A DNA stretch of 64,000 nucleotides from an uncultured Dehalococcoidia bacterium. GTDB lineage: Bacteria > Chloroflexota > Dehalococcoidia > Lucifugimonadales > JADFKI01. The translations under genes were made by a program, and so were the position numbers. The stretch covers positions 3,039 through 67,038 of the forward strand of contig CAZWDM010000002.1 of NCBI GenBank assembly GCA_964632415.1, in the 5' to 3' direction. The notes beneath the pieces are model-generated. The model saw nothing but the letters and a program-made list of their open reading frames with translations, made no database searches and was not told the DNA's origin. Shown here piece by piece: positions 34,181-43,707 of this stretch; the stretch's first letter is position 1, and every line of letters begins with the position of its first letter.

Positions 34181-34674
34181 CGGCGACCTCCCCTGAGCGG
34201 CTTCAGCCCGCGCAGGCTCCGCCGCGACACCACCGTCCCGGGCCGCCATCGCATGTTCAGCACCGCGAGCGCCGCGAGCGTCTTCCCGTCGCCGACGGGC
34301 GCCATGGCGGCGGCTCTCCCGGCGCCCTGGCTGTACAGCAGCACCTCCCGGCCGGCGAACCTTCGGCGGACGATGTCCGTCCACTCCGCGTGGGCCCACC
34401 GGGCCTCGTCGGCGTCGGCTTCCGCGAGGTCCAGACCCTCGAGCACGGCGAGCGCGCCGTCGAGGTCGCCCCTGCGGCGCATGCGCCGGGCGTCGTGGAT
34501 GCCTCGCCTCACGCTCAGCTCCCACGAAACCGGCCCCGGCCCGAACAGCGTCGCGACCAGGTTCCGCGCCAGATCCTCGAGCGAAGGTCGGCCGTGCCGC
34601 TTTTCGTTTCTTCGGTTTCGACCGTTCTCCATCGGTCCCGTTGCGGCGATGCCGCTCAACGTTGCAGTAGTCAT
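34177..34674 (-). CDS. Hypothetical protein coupled to the primase
   Basis: 165-aa ORF with an ATGA overlap onto the primase start. No motif recognised. Confidence 0.4.
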   Translation of the reverse strand: MTTATLSGIAATGPMENGRNRRNEKRHGRPSLEDLARNLVATLFGPGPVSWELSVRRGIHDARRMRRRGDLDGALAVLEGLDLAEADADEARWAHAEWTDIVRRRFAGREVLLYSQGAGRAAAMAPVGDGKTLAALAVLNMRWRPGTVVSRRSLRGLKPLRGGRR

Positions 34675-35723
34675 CTTTTTCTCCCGATTCGTTCCCGGCC
34701 GCGCGGCATCCCCGGCGCGCGCCGGTCGTTTCAGCTTGTGGTTCGTTTCGAGTGCTGTCGGGCGGTATGGGACGCTCTCCGACCACCGGGGGGATGCGGG
34801 CCGACGTGCGGAGAGCAGCCGGTCGAGAAGACGCGTCCATTCCGCATGCGAACATCAGGTTCAGCTCGGGTCTGGAGGCGTCTGAAGGAGGTTCCGCAAC
34901 GCTCGGACGAGCCGGGCGCAGGGACCTTGGGACGTCTGCGGAAGGCGTTCGAACGCCGTCTCTCAGACGCGTTGAAGCGGCCGAGGCGCGGATGCGCTTC
35001 GAACCGTGTGATTCGCAGCGGGGTCGTCGACAGACTCGCCCGCCGTTGGGTTCCCGGCTTCCGAGGCGTCGGGGAGTTTGACTCGACCGATTCGACGTCT
35101 CGCGCCGCGGGAAAGCGGTGGTCCCTGTTCTGCGGACGTTCGAAGAGCGTAGCTCGATCCGAAACGTCGACCCGGGAGCGGGACCGCACCCTCCGGATTT
35201 CTATGGCGGGAAACCCGGAAAAAGCCAGACAGCACCCGCGATTATGGACGCGGAATCGTCGGGAATGGCCGTTCCAAGGCGAATCGCTTGCGGCGTTGTG
35301 GCTCCTAATAAGCACCGATGTAGCAGGAGCGTCGAAAACGGCAGACGGCTTGTATAACGCCGCGACGGGTTGAATTCCGACGCCAACCCCTGCTCCTCGA
35401 TTGATCTGACCTATCGACCGTGCACCAGCCAACTCTCCCAGTCGTGCACCGTACTCGAGGCAACCGTTGCTTCTATGTCGGCCGGTCGGGACGACGACGG
35501 TTGACAGTCCCGTGGATATCGCGACTCGCCGGAAAATCGAGAAAACCATCGGAGGCCGCGCGGCCATGATGGACCGCCCGAAACTTGGCACCCTCGAGAA
35601 CCCTGTGGCCGAATCCTGGTACGGTGACGGCAGAGGATTCGACATCGAAAACTCGCAAGCCGGATTGCGTCCGTCGACGCGTGGACCAGTCCAATAGGCC
35701 GGCGTGCCTGCGTAGGGGGAAGA

Positions 35724-36884
35724 ATGACGTTCAAGATCGTCCACGGCGGATGGAAGCAAGAGTTCGAGGAGGCGCTGCAGACCGACGGGAGCGCGCTTCG
35801 CATCATCTGCCCGTTCATCAAAACGAACGCCCTAGAGAATCTGCTGCCTCCTAGAGAAACGCCGATCCAGGTGATCACGCGGTTCAATCTCTCTGACTTC
35901 GCCGACCGGGTGAGCGACGTGCGCGCGTTGAGAAAGCTGCTGGAGGTCGGCGCCCGCGTGCGCGGCGTGAGGAATCTGCACGCCAAGCTCTACATGTTCG
36001 GCTCCTCCAGGGCGATGGTCACATCTGCGAATATCACCGAAACGGCCATGCGCCGGAACCACGAATTCGGAGTCGTCGCCTCGGACCCGGCCGCGGTCGA
36101 TCGCTGCCTGTCGTATTTCGACGAGTTGTGGGAACGTGCCGGGGAAGATCTCCGGCCCGAACAACTTGACGCCTGGGCCCAGACAGTCGCCGACCATCGC
36201 CACATGGGTGGTCGTCTGGCCGGACGTCCCGACCTGCGCGACTTCGGCGCCGATGCCGAGTTTATGGAGCATTCCCCCGTGCCGACGCCGTTCTCGATAC
36301 ACGACGCGCCACAGGCGTTCGTCAAGTTTTCCGGTAGGAGCAACGACCGTGTGCCGCTCTCGCTCCCGGTGATCGAGGAGCTGGGAGGGTCGGCCTTCCA
36401 CCGTGTGGCCTGCTACCCGACGAGCAGGCGGCCTCGCAGCGTCACGGACGGTGCTGTCATGTTCACGGGACGATTCGTCGAAGGGCCGGACATACGCGTG
36501 TTCGGCAGGGGCATCGGATCCGAGCACGTCCCGGGACGTGACGAGGCGACGCCCGAGGATTTGGATCTCCGGCCGTGGAAAAAGGAGTGGTCGAAATACG
36601 TCCGCCTCGACCGCGTGGAGTTCGTCGACGGGACGTTGGCCGACGGCGTGTCGCTGTACGAGATGATGGGCGATCTCGGACACGATTCATTTGCGTCCAC
36701 CCAGTGGAACCACGCCCGCGGCGAGGGCAACACAGACCCGCGACTTGCATACCTTCAGCAACCCGCCGTCAAACTCTCGCCCGAAGGATTCAAGTGGCTG
36801 ACCGAGAGATTCGAGCGTGCTCTCCAGCGTCATGGGAGAGTTCCCGATAGCATGCTCGCCGCCCTCGACTGGCCCGACGCATGA
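35724..36884 (+). CDS. PLD/Nuc-like nuclease fused to an uncharacterised C-terminal domain
   Basis: The single HKD-type motif NLHAKLYMFGSSRAMVTSANIT sits in the N-terminal third or so. About 200 C-terminal residues (FVKFSGRSND...VACYPTSRRP...VMFTGRFVEG) have no motif that I recognise. Confidence 0.7.
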   Translation: MTFKIVHGGWKQEFEEALQTDGSALRIICPFIKTNALENLLPPRETPIQVITRFNLSDFADRVSDVRALRKLLEVGARVRGVRNLHAKLYMFGSSRAMVTSANITETAMRRNHEFGVVASDPAAVDRCLSYFDELWERAGEDLRPEQLDAWAQTVADHRHMGGRLAGRPDLRDFGADAEFMEHSPVPTPFSIHDAPQAFVKFSGRSNDRVPLSLPVIEELGGSAFHRVACYPTSRRPRSVTDGAVMFTGRFVEGPDIRVFGRGIGSEHVPGRDEATPEDLDLRPWKKEWSKYVRLDRVEFVDGTLADGVSLYEMMGDLGHDSFASTQWNHARGEGNTDPRLAYLQQPAVKLSPEGFKWLTERFERALQRHGRVPDSMLAALDWPDA

Positions 36885-37170
36885 CCCGGATACGCCGCGA
36901 CTGGTCGCGGATTGGTTCGGTGAAGCATCGCCTCCCTTGACGGGCCGTCAACGAACCCCAAGCGACCAGTGTCGCCGCTCGACGATGTGCGTCTTCGCCC
37001 CGCACCGTTGTTCGCGCCAGCACCACCCGATGGCTCGCCGCGCTCCGAGCGTTTTCGCCGCCCTAGCCAGACGCCGCGGACACGTGTGGCGGAACGCAGT
37101 TGCAATGCTGCATTTCCGCCGATGCTCGTCGTACCGTCGTGAAGTCGTAGGTTCGATTGCGTTTCATCAA

Positions 37171-37394
37171 CTGCAAAGCGGGACGCGTCCTGTAGGGGTG
37201 GAACGTGGTATGGACTTCGGTCGCTTGCTGGGATTGCACTGCTTTCGTCGCGTCTTGCCATGACTGGCTTGGTTTCCGTTAGGGAAATGACTCCTTCGCG
37301 TTTTCGCGAACATAACCGATTCCTTGTACACGGCTGCGACACTTCGATCATCGTCGAAGACGCCTGACCATATAAGGGGGGACGCGCGTGACTC
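37171..37394 (+). repeat. Copy A of a ~225-nt structured repeat
   Basis: Aligns end to end with 40737-40960 at roughly 80 percent identity by eye. It contains the conserved hairpin TTCGCG-TTTT-CGCGAA (37295-37310), a covarying hairpin (37273-37287), and ends in ATAAGGGGGGACGCGCG (37372-37388). Confidence 0.8.
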
Positions 37395-37913
37395 TGCCTC
37401 GCACGAAACGTCCCCTTGGACCGACCGTCGAATTGTGCTGTCAAAACGAAAACGCCCCAAAGCCAAAAATCTTCGTTCCACTATGGTTCGCGACCGCCGA
37501 AGCGCGATCCAAAGCGTCGTGGAGTGCCGGGGAGCGACGGTTATTTGCGTGACGAACGGCTCTCAACGCTCGCGGATCCTGAGATCGGGGCCAATTGATC
37601 GGTTTCTGCGGAAATGTTCGAGCCAATGTGGCGGCTGTTTCGAACCGGAACGCAACTACCCTTGCAAATCGTTTCGAACCCACATTCAACCCCCTTGCGG
37701 CGGCTGATTTAAACGTCGATCAGTAACTAGAGCGTTCTGTAAAGGAAAAACCAAATGTTGAACCCCGGATTTGGCATCGATTTCGCGTTCGAGTGACCCA
37801 ATCCCCAGTCATTGGCGATTGGGCCGGTAGGTTTGTCAAGCGCCTCCTCATCGTCGCAGAAGCGATCTGGTAAATTATCAATTTCTGACGATGCTTGAAT
37901 TCGGAGTCAAGGG

Positions 37914-38702
37914 ATGCTAAAGGTTGTGGCAGCGCTTGTCGGCGCTGTTTTCGTGTTGCTGTTCGCGTCGCAGTCTGGGTTGACGGGGTTGAACTCGACG
38001 GACGACTACAACGTGGGTTTGGATCTGGCCACCGCTACTGAACTCGTGTCAGCACAGGTCGGCGACGTCGCCGATTCTCTAGGGGATGTCTCTCCGGTCA
38101 AAACCGCTGAGACGAGTTCGCCTGTCGATCTTCTAGACTTCGCGTCAGATCCGACCTCCGAGCGGACGATCGAGAAAGTCGAGGTGTACGAGCGCACTCC
38201 CGTCGGCATGGCCCTCGCCCGTCTCGCATCGCTGGATTCGCCTGGTCGCCGCGACCCTGAGGCATTCATAACGGCGGTGAACGATCTGCAGTCCGAGTGG
38301 GATCCTCGATATGAAACGGCGAAATCCGACCACGGAAGGCTTCTGAATCGGATTGCGACCGTAGAGGCGACTGCATCCCAGTATTTCCTTCGGCAAGGGG
38401 AACTGACCGCGACGATCCACGACCCGGATCTACGCGCAGACGCGGCTGTCGGAGATGCCGAGGAGTACCGCATATATGAAGAATGGCTCAGCGCGTCGAG
38501 AGACTTGAAGGAGCGTGTCGACGAAATCGTCCTGGATCTCGACGATATGGATGTGATCATCAAGAAGCTCAATCTATCTGCGAACTTCTCGGCGTTGCAC
38601 ACCAATTTCGAAGCGCTGACGCTGTCGATCACGGGTCTCCATCGCGACCTGGAGGGTTTCAGGCTGAAGTCCGAAGAAATTGCCCGAACGTTCTCGAATT
38701 GA
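37914..38702 (+). CDS. Membrane-anchored helical protein, unknown function
   Basis: 262 aa. N-terminal anchor MLKVVAALVGAVFVLLFASQSG, then an acidic helical region. Confidence 0.5.
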   Translation: MLKVVAALVGAVFVLLFASQSGLTGLNSTDDYNVGLDLATATELVSAQVGDVADSLGDVSPVKTAETSSPVDLLDFASDPTSERTIEKVEVYERTPVGMALARLASLDSPGRRDPEAFITAVNDLQSEWDPRYETAKSDHGRLLNRIATVEATASQYFLRQGELTATIHDPDLRADAAVGDAEEYRIYEEWLSASRDLKERVDEIVLDLDDMDVIIKKLNLSANFSALHTNFEALTLSITGLHRDLEGFRLKSEEIARTFSN

Positions 38703-38723
38703 AACATGTAACGAGGTCCGAAG

Positions 38724-39206
38724 ATGGAAACACAGCATGACCTACGAGGACGTTTCACCCGAAACTGGCCTGAAGCGCTAGCGACTGCGGCGCGCCTCGC
38801 CGCGTTGGTCGGCGTCTTCCTCCCTTGGGCGTTGCTGGACGATGCATCCAAGGCGGCGAATGGACCCGAACTGGCCGCATACTTTTGGGAAGGGGCCGAC
38901 CGGGATTTTCTGAGATCGACGGATCTGATCAAGTTTCTGGGGTTCTGCGCCGCGCCTTGGGTGGTGTCGACTGCAGTGTTGATCGCGGCGCTCAAGCCTA
39001 TAGTGACGAAGAATCAAAGCTTGTTCGCCCATGTGGCGTCTTTTGCGGCGATTCTCGTTTTCATCTACTGCGGTACCGGCGCCGTGGACGATTGGCACGC
39101 CGAGTTCTTCGGCCTGTTGGTGCCGTTGATCGGACTCTGGGTCGTCACGTTGGGCACGGTAGTTTCTGCTACGATCGCGGGTATGCGGGGACAGTTCGAC
39201 CAATAA
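38724..39206 (+). CDS. Small polytopic membrane protein, unknown function
   Basis: 160 aa with about 4 hydrophobic segments. It starts 21 nt after the preceding gene. Confidence 0.5.
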   Translation: METQHDLRGRFTRNWPEALATAARLAALVGVFLPWALLDDASKAANGPELAAYFWEGADRDFLRSTDLIKFLGFCAAPWVVSTAVLIAALKPIVTKNQSLFAHVASFAAILVFIYCGTGAVDDWHAEFFGLLVPLIGLWVVTLGTVVSATIAGMRGQFDQ

Positions 39207-39587
39207 CACAGGTGGTCGCGTTGACCGACGCCATCGAAGCGTAGCGAACGCGAACTCAAAGAAGGTTTTACGTAACGTCAGATTTGGCCCCAGATCGACG
39301 CTGCGAACATTCTCGAGTACTCGCGTCGCATTGAGTCTGGATCCGTGAAACCTGCCACGAGCCGACCGACGATCACACCAATGTGAACCGGCGCGCACCT
39401 CGGGCGCGGTGCCCTTCGAGTTGCGGAGGATAAGGAAGTTGCCAGCCGTTGGGATCGCCGAGTTTCAGACCGGTAAGGATGTCGAGTTCAGATGGCGAGG
39501 GTGCGGGTTCGTCTCGATGTTTTCGACATCCGAACGTCCCAAGTTCTAGGTTTAGGCAGTTCGAAAATCGAGATTATCCGCTGAAAA

Positions 39588-40659
39588 TCAGGCCACCACC
39601 CCACTCCCGTGTCGCACTTGGATGTTACGAATCTTCTTTTTTGGTTCCGAGCTGATTTCCGACGTCAGCAACGCTTTGAACACGGGTTCCGTGTCGTACC
39701 AGTCCCAAGAGCTAGTTTCTGATCTGTCCAGGTAATCAATCAACTTGGCGGATCCGACTGGGAAATCTCGCGCCAAGTGTTCGTCGACGACGAATTTGGA
39801 TATGCCTAAGTGCTCGAAGGTTGTTGTTGGCATCTCAACTGCAAACCTGACGGCTTGATCGAATACGACGATCAGATCGCGCGGCCAGCGAATCATCCGT
39901 TCGATTTCCTTTTGCGACAACGTTGCGGGTTTGCCGACCAAGCGGTTTTGCCAATACTGATTCAACCAACGATCCCACAGTTCGACTTTCTGAGGATCGG
40001 CCATGTTTTCGAGTATTCTGCCAGTTTCCGACGCGAAACTGTAGCGATCATCTTCTTCTGAATTGGCGACCAACAATGGGGTCCAACTTTCCAGCAGTTG
40101 ATCCACGGCGTACAACATCATCATTGCGTAACGGCGTATGAATTCGCTTCTCTATACTCGGGCACGCCGGCCCTGCCCAACTTATCGATATGCTCAACGG
40201 CTTTCGGGAAATTCGGCTGCATCAACTCGGCGACATCAGATCGCAGATTGGATCACGTAAACCCGTGCCACGCCGGCACGAAAGAAGGTTGATCGGGATC
40301 AAACAGCTGCAACAACCGCTCAACGGACCACGAGTGGTCGATTGACAACATCTGACCCAAGCGCGAGGTCAACATCGCCGTGCCAAGTTTTCCACGCATA
40401 CCAGTATCTTCGACTACTAGATCGAAAATTCCTGATCTTCGCGACCGAAGCCGCTGGTGCTGATTTTGCCACGATCGCTTGCGACCCATGTCGCCGAGAG
40501 CCAAAAAAGCACCAACATCCCCGCGTTTGAATCCAACGACAGCGTCAACCAATCGTTTAGGCCCCCGATGCTTGGCCGATCATCTTCCGAATTTTGCCGG
40601 ATCGAAACAGCCAACTGTTTAGCTTGTGGCAGAACATCGGCAGCAAAATGGCTTGCCAC
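39588..40659 (-). pseudogene. Decayed 3' remnant of a larger gene (DUF4020-like C-terminal region?)
   Basis: Three consecutive minus-strand ORF pieces in different frames (40659-40417, 40552-40253, 40124-39588). The last piece carries ELWDRWLNQYWQNRLVGKPATLSQKEIERMIRW. The 5' side abuts repeat copy B. Confidence 0.45.
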
Positions 40660-40736
40660 CGTCTACTACCAAACTGTTGAGAAAGTTAGTGATGGATCGG
40701 TCATGGGCAACCATCAGTCTCTCGTCCGCCAGTCAT

Positions 40737-40960
40737 TTGCGAAGCGGGGCGCGTCCTGTAGGAGTGGAACGTGGTCTGGACGTCGGTCGCTTGCTGGGCA
40801 TTGCGCTGCTTCGTCGCGTTGTCCTACATCACGCTTGGATTCCGTTACGGAATCGAATGGTTCGCGTTTTCGCGAACATGCCCGATTCCTTGTACACGGT
40901 TGCGACGCTTCGATCATCGCCGTCGACCCCCAACCACAAAAGGGAGGACGCGCGTGTCTG
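40737..40960 (+). repeat. Copy B of the ~225-nt structured repeat
   Basis: Same order of conserved blocks as copy A. Hairpin TTCGCG-TTTT-CGCGAA at 40861-40876 and hairpin ATTCCG-TTA-CGGAAT at 40839-40853. Confidence 0.8.
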
Positions 40961-41593
40961 GTCACAGAACGAGATAACGATGTTGACTGACCTTAGTTGC
41001 GTCGTGCCCCGGTATCTCGAAGAGACCGTACGCCGACGATAAACCCTCGCTTCCCTTTCGAGCAAGACCGTCGCCCCGTAATCCGACAGCGCCACCACTT
41101 GTCGCAACCGGATCCGGACATAAACTCGCGCACCACGCCTTCGATCGCGTCGCAAACCACCGAGAAACTCGACTCCTGTGGCATGCTGCCCGACGATCAT
41201 AACGCCGACATGCTTCTGTCAGCCCGAATCTTCACTCATCCAGAGCTAGTCATATGACGAATCGATAGTGCCACGCATTGGCCGATCTTCGCCTCTTTCC
41301 TCCGCCTAACATGGGCAACCGTCCGGGAGGTCGAAATCTGTCCGTTACCGCATCCCCTCCGAGCGGGAGGTTACTCATTCGGGCGAGAAATTTCACGGTC
41401 TCGCTAGTGGGGGACGCATGGCTGATGCATGATGAACGCCTGCAGGCATCGCCCCTCCCTTGGTATGGCCGAATCGTGGACGAACCTGCGGATTCGAGTG
41501 GGTCAACCGTGGGTTCATCGCGGTCGAAGCGTTTTTGATGGGGAGTTGACAATTGCGACAACTCGGCAACTGAGACTACCCACGGAGCAAGAA

Positions 41594-41827
41594 ATGAACA
41601 TACGACTGATTGGATTGGCAATGTTGGCGATCATGGTGGTCGGTGCGGCGTCGATGTTTTTGATCGGCCGGTCGCTGACCGAAAGAGATTACGACGCGGT
41701 GATGCTGTGGGCCGCTGTACTCAACGCATTCTCCACGTTGGTGTTGGCCGCCGCGGTAGTCGTCGAAGGGGAAAGAGTCGTCAACATCGTGAAGGGCAAC
41801 AAGGATGATGACGACGAAGACGCTTGA
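41594..41827 (+). CDS. Small two-TM protein with an acidic tail
   Basis: ATG 41594 follows GGAG. MNIRLIGLAMLAIMVVGAASMFLIG...LNAFSTLVLAAAVVVEG...KDDDDEDA. Confidence 0.35.
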   Translation: MNIRLIGLAMLAIMVVGAASMFLIGRSLTERDYDAVMLWAAVLNAFSTLVLAAAVVVEGERVVNIVKGNKDDDDEDA

Positions 41828-42281
41828 CCGTTCGGGATTCTGAGTAGTCGTGTTGCTCCATGAGGCAAGACAGGAAGCATCGCGGTTGTGATGAGTAGGA
41901 CGCAGCAGCAGGTGTTGGTCGACTTGAGTAAATCGTGTACACGCATCGCCGCCTACATCGTTGTTTCAAACCGCCAAACATCGTCAAGAAACGCATTCAA
42001 TGCTGAAATTCATCAAGCTTAGATCTCTTGGAGTACAGGCAGCACCCGCCTGGGCCTCGGCAGATGCCCAATCGCTTCTTCGTCCTCACTAGAGAAACAG
42101 TGCTGGAACCGCCCACATCGGAGCGCGTAGGTACACGCGATGGGCCGGAAGTGACAACAGCGGACGCCTTGGCTATCATAATGGACATCGCACTTCAATC
42201 GGGCTTGAAATCGATTTAACAAGCCACCTGGGTCGGAGCGAGAAACAATCCTTTAGGGTCAGCGATCAACCAGATTGCAAG

Positions 42282-43103
42282 TCAATCGCTCGCATCCTTC
42301 GCTTCCGCTGTCATGTCGTATTGAACTGGCTTGGATCCAAGCTTGATTTGGACACCCAAATCTTTAAGGATTGGCCACAAATTGTTTTTGAACTCGGCTC
42401 CGAACTGCGCGCCAGCGGCACGTGACATGGGGTGGTCCGGCCAATGTTTCGCCAACACTGATTGGCAATCTGTACTTTTGAACGGGCCAATAGGGATTTC
42501 CTTGACAATTCGGCGCGCGATTGAACCCCATTCGGAAGCGTGGTTCTGGGGATTGGCGCTGTTTGGTCTAACGCATCCGTTACTGACGACATGCAGTTTG
42601 TTCGCGGGAAAGAACTTCTTAATGTTTGTCGACAATGAACGTTGTCGGCCTGTCACCACCCACAGGAAAGGCACTCCGGTGTCAGGAATGTTGATGCCCG
42701 GATCGTCGCGGATCGTCGAGTAGAGCGAGATGAAGTCGCTATCGTCACTGAACATCACGACATGGGATATCCGCCCGAACGCCAGATCGACGATTGCGTT
42801 AGTCGCCATGGCAATATCGGCGGAGTTTTTCGTCGAGGACATGCTGAAGTGTTGAGTCCCGTTGACGACGATGTCCACACTACCAAAAGTATCGCGTGCC
42901 CATAAACGCCACAACTCAACTTGATCCGCTTTCACGTAGAGTTTCATAGTCGTTAGTGCCGGAACGTGTTGCGGCCAGTTTTCGACCAAATTCACGATCA
43001 GATGTTGGGCATCATCGAGCAAGTTTTCGACGTCTACGAATAACCCAGATCCCGCGACTTTTCGCTCACCTATCGGGTCATCTGACACATGCTCGTCTTG
43101 CAC
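42282..43103 (-). CDS. NYN/LabA-like (PIN-related) domain protein with a C-terminal extension
   Basis: GLFVDVENLL, KNSADIAMATNAIVDL, VVMFSDDSDFISL. The C-terminal ~100 aa (IARRIVKEIPIGPFKSTDCQSVLAKHW) could be an OST-HTH-like module. Confidence 0.7.
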   Translation of the reverse strand: MQDEHVSDDPIGERKVAGSGLFVDVENLLDDAQHLIVNLVENWPQHVPALTTMKLYVKADQVELWRLWARDTFGSVDIVVNGTQHFSMSSTKNSADIAMATNAIVDLAFGRISHVVMFSDDSDFISLYSTIRDDPGINIPDTGVPFLWVVTGRQRSLSTNIKKFFPANKLHVVSNGCVRPNSANPQNHASEWGSIARRIVKEIPIGPFKSTDCQSVLAKHWPDHPMSRAAGAQFGAEFKNNLWPILKDLGVQIKLGSKPVQYDMTAEAKDASD

Positions 43104-43146
43104 CGTATCCTCCTTTTTCAGGTCAAGTTATGCGTGAATTGCACGG

Positions 43147-43563
43147 TTAATCGAAACGGCGTTTTACGGGATTTGATGCCGCCCATTGTCCGGCATCATC
43201 GCAGTATAGAACGAAAATTGCCCCGTATTCGTTCAACTCCTCTGCGTGTGACGTCGGCAAGTACTGGGTTCGCTGTTCTGATGATCGGCTTCGAGGAGTC
43301 CAATCCTCATTGTGAACGGTGTTGCCAGGCCAGAGACTGGGTGCCCACATACCCTTACAAGCTCTCGCCCTTTCGATGGTTCGCACAACGGCGACTCGGT
43401 GCATTCCATATGCGAAACCGGCAGAACCGAACCATGGGTCGTCGGCATCGAATGAGTAACGCAAAACCTGAATATACGCCACTTTTCGGATCGCTGATCT
43501 CCGTGACTTCGCACCGTTCGGCTTTCGTGTGATCATCACTGAATCTTCGATTTTCAGCAACAC
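43147..43563 (-). CDS. Hypothetical protein upstream of the NYN gene
   Basis: 138-aa ORF ending 43 nt before the NYN start. No motif recognised. Confidence 0.3.
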   Translation of the reverse strand: MLLKIEDSVMITRKPNGAKSRRSAIRKVAYIQVLRYSFDADDPWFGSAGFAYGMHRVAVVRTIERARACKGMWAPSLWPGNTVHNEDWTPRSRSSEQRTQYLPTSHAEELNEYGAIFVLYCDDAGQWAASNPVKRRFD

Positions 43564-43707
43564 TGCTCGATGTCATCGTTGGTATCGCCGCACCTGTTTC
43601 CCTTCGGAGGACGAGAGTGAGCATTAAGTACGACGAAGTGTCCCGAACGACGAGGGCCGTTCACGCCGAAACATTGGCATAAACGTTACCTATATAATCG
43701 CAAATGC

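Noticed and set aside
34181-34855. The N-terminal 225 codons of the 592-aa primase track ORF.
   Set aside because: The extension is Arg/Ala/Gly-rich and overlaps the 165-aa upstream gene. The primase zinc finger begins right after ATG 34180, which is ATGA-coupled to that gene.
34731-35759. A 342-aa minus-strand ORF and a 327-aa plus-strand ORF (34390-35373) in the ~1-kb gap.
   Set aside because: The composition looks random, and there is no SD/start context or motif. I treated the region as non-coding and reported it as a finding instead.
37141-37170. GGTTCGATT, reminiscent of a tRNA T-loop, just before repeat copy A. This raised the idea of a tRNA or att remnant.
   Set aside because: The flanking bases cannot form a T-stem (GTAGG versus GCGTT), and I could build no acceptor or anticodon arms. 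I also found no tRNA elsewhere by eye.
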